A DNA stretch of 20,120 nucleotides from positions 1-20,120 of the forward strand of contig NW_021824135.1 of the NCBI RefSeq assembly GCF_006345805.1, given 5' to 3'. Under the pieces are notes generated by a model. The model was not told the DNA's origin. It worked only from the letters and a program-made list of their open reading frames with translations, and did no database searches. The position numbers were made by a program, and so were the translations under genes. Each line of letters starts with the position of its first letter. Within the stretch, counting starts at the first letter, position 1. Of this stretch, positions 18,581 through 20,120 are shown piece after piece. The stretch is from Octopus sinensis (taxonomy: Eukaryota).

Positions 18581-18735
18581 TTATTATTATCATTATTATT
18601 ATTGTTATTATTATTATTATTATTATATTATTATTATTATTATTATTATATTATTATTATTATTATTATCATCATCATCATCATCATCATCATTATTATT
18701 ATTATCATCATATCATTATTATTATTATTATTATT

Positions 18736-19300
18736 CAGTAGTTTTATTTTTATAGCGCGCTTTCACTTCACTACCGAGCACAGCTCTGTGTGCCTTGGGT
18801 ATGTGCTGTGATTTGTTGTGATGCTCTGATGGTTATTGTATGGAAAGTGTTCTTCGTAGGATGTGTGCAGTGCCTAGTAGTGCAATTTTCTGTATGTTAT
18901 ATGTGTTTGTAAGTCCTGGTGTTTTTGTTATGTATTTGTCTGAATATTTTTTTATCATGCCTAATGCACCTACTATGATAGGAATTGTTTCTTTTTCAGA
19001 TTCCACATTCTAGTTACCTCTATTTCCAGGTCTTTGTATTTTGAGAGTTTCTCCATTTCTTTTAGAGACACGTTGTCATCAGCCGGTATTGATACATCAA
19101 TTAGAAAGCATTTTTTTTTTCTTCGTGATCTCTGACAACTATATCTGGTCTGTTGGCCTTAATTTCTCTATCTGTGTGTATCGGCATATCCCAGAGTGTG
19201 GTTGCTTTCTCGTTTTCTGTGACCTTTTCTGGTGTGTGCCTATACCATCTTTTTTCTGTTGTTATTCCATAATGTTGGCATAGCTTCCAATGTATGTAGG

Positions 19301-19301
<1 letters not shown>
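18736..19301 (-). mobile_element. 5'-truncated, well-preserved R4/Dong-type LINE (RLE domain to 3' end)
   Basis: TYIHWKLCQHYGITTEKRWYRHTPEKVTENEKATTLWDMPIHTDREIKANRPDIVVRDHEEK / CFLIDVSIPADDNVSLKEMEKLSKYKDLEIEVTRMWNLK / ETIPIIVGALGMIKKYSDKYITKTPGLTNTYNIQKIALLGTAHILRRTLSIQ* (stop 18833-18835). Only two frameshifts, both in T-runs (19111-19120 and 18992-18996). Confidence 0.93.
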
Positions 19302-19382
<81 letters not shown>

Positions 19383-19391
19383 TATCATTAC

Positions 19392-19438
<47 letters not shown>

Positions 19439-19448
19439 ATTATTATTA

Positions 19449-19481
<33 letters not shown>

Positions 19482-19570
19482 CTTTATTCTTATTGTTATT
19501 ATTATTATTATTATTATTATCATCATCATCATCATCATCATCATCATTATTATTATTATTATTATCTTAC

Positions 19571-19603
<33 letters not shown>

Positions 19604-19660
19604 CATTATTATTATTATTATTATTATTATATTATATTATTATTATTATTATTATTATTA
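19302..19660. repeat. long (ATT)n/(ATC)n array
   Basis: Read directly from the sequence. Confidence 0.95.
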
Positions 19661-19720
19661 TTTCGTCCGTTTTTTACGTTCGGATTTTGAATTCCACCGA
19701 AGTCGACATCCTTTCGAGGA
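19661..19720 (+). mobile_element. short internal SINE fragment (B-box region)
   Basis: TTTCGTCCGTTTTTTACGTTCGGATTTTGAATTCCACCGAAGTCGAC..ATCCTTTCG aligns with about 17331-17397. Confidence 0.5.
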
Positions 19721-19950
19721 TGTGTGTGTATGTGTGTGCGTGCATGTATATATGTGTGTGCGTATGTGTGTGTGTGTGTATTCATGTGTATTCACATACA
19801 TATAGGTGCATTTACACACATATACACACAAACACATAATATATATAATATATATATACACATGATACGTACACATAGAAATTCCCATATGTTTGTGCGT
19901 GTGTGTATGTGTGTGTGAGTGCGTGCGCGCGCAGTTCGCATTTATGTGTA
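19721..19950. repeat. (TG)n/(CA)n/(TA)n compound microsatellite
   Basis: Read directly from the sequence. Confidence 0.9.
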
Positions 19951-20120
19951 TGTTTATATAATTCTGCACCAGACAAATCGCCTTTCACATTGTTGATGGT
20001 TAATTTTTGTTTCTGTTAATAGGATAAAACCTACACCTAATGTGCAATAGAACTATTCTACCATATAATACAGCTACTGTCTCTGAACAACAGCTAAAGG
20101 CTGATTATAGCCAATAATAG

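Overview
AT-rich, microsatellite-saturated animal genomic DNA with no supportable host protein-coding gene. The repeat repertoire strongly suggests an octopus or other coleoid cephalopod genome; this is an inference from repeat families recognised by eye. Almost all ORFs in the supplied track are translations of simple repeats or antisense SINE sequence. The window is a transposon graveyard containing: (1) several tRNA-derived SINE families; (2) four minus-strand fragments of R4/Dong-type (restriction-like endonuclease) non-LTR retrotransposons, three of them stacked in one polarity inside a (TAA)n zone at 16.56-19.66 kb together with an unclassified 552-bp insert; (3) a decayed Penelope-like reverse transcriptase (about 11.2-11.9 kb, minus); (4) a 2.15-kb element with ~215-bp terminal inverted repeats whose left TIR is split by a 5'-truncated RTE LINE with an 11-bp target-site duplication; (5) a ~1.1-kb palindrome with ~520-bp arms, each carrying a type I hammerhead-ribozyme core with an unusually long stem II, plus two further hammerhead-like motifs; (6) a 112-nt imperfect hairpin; and (7) an exact 435-bp tandem duplication. 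The palindrome and the tandem duplication could be assembly artefacts.
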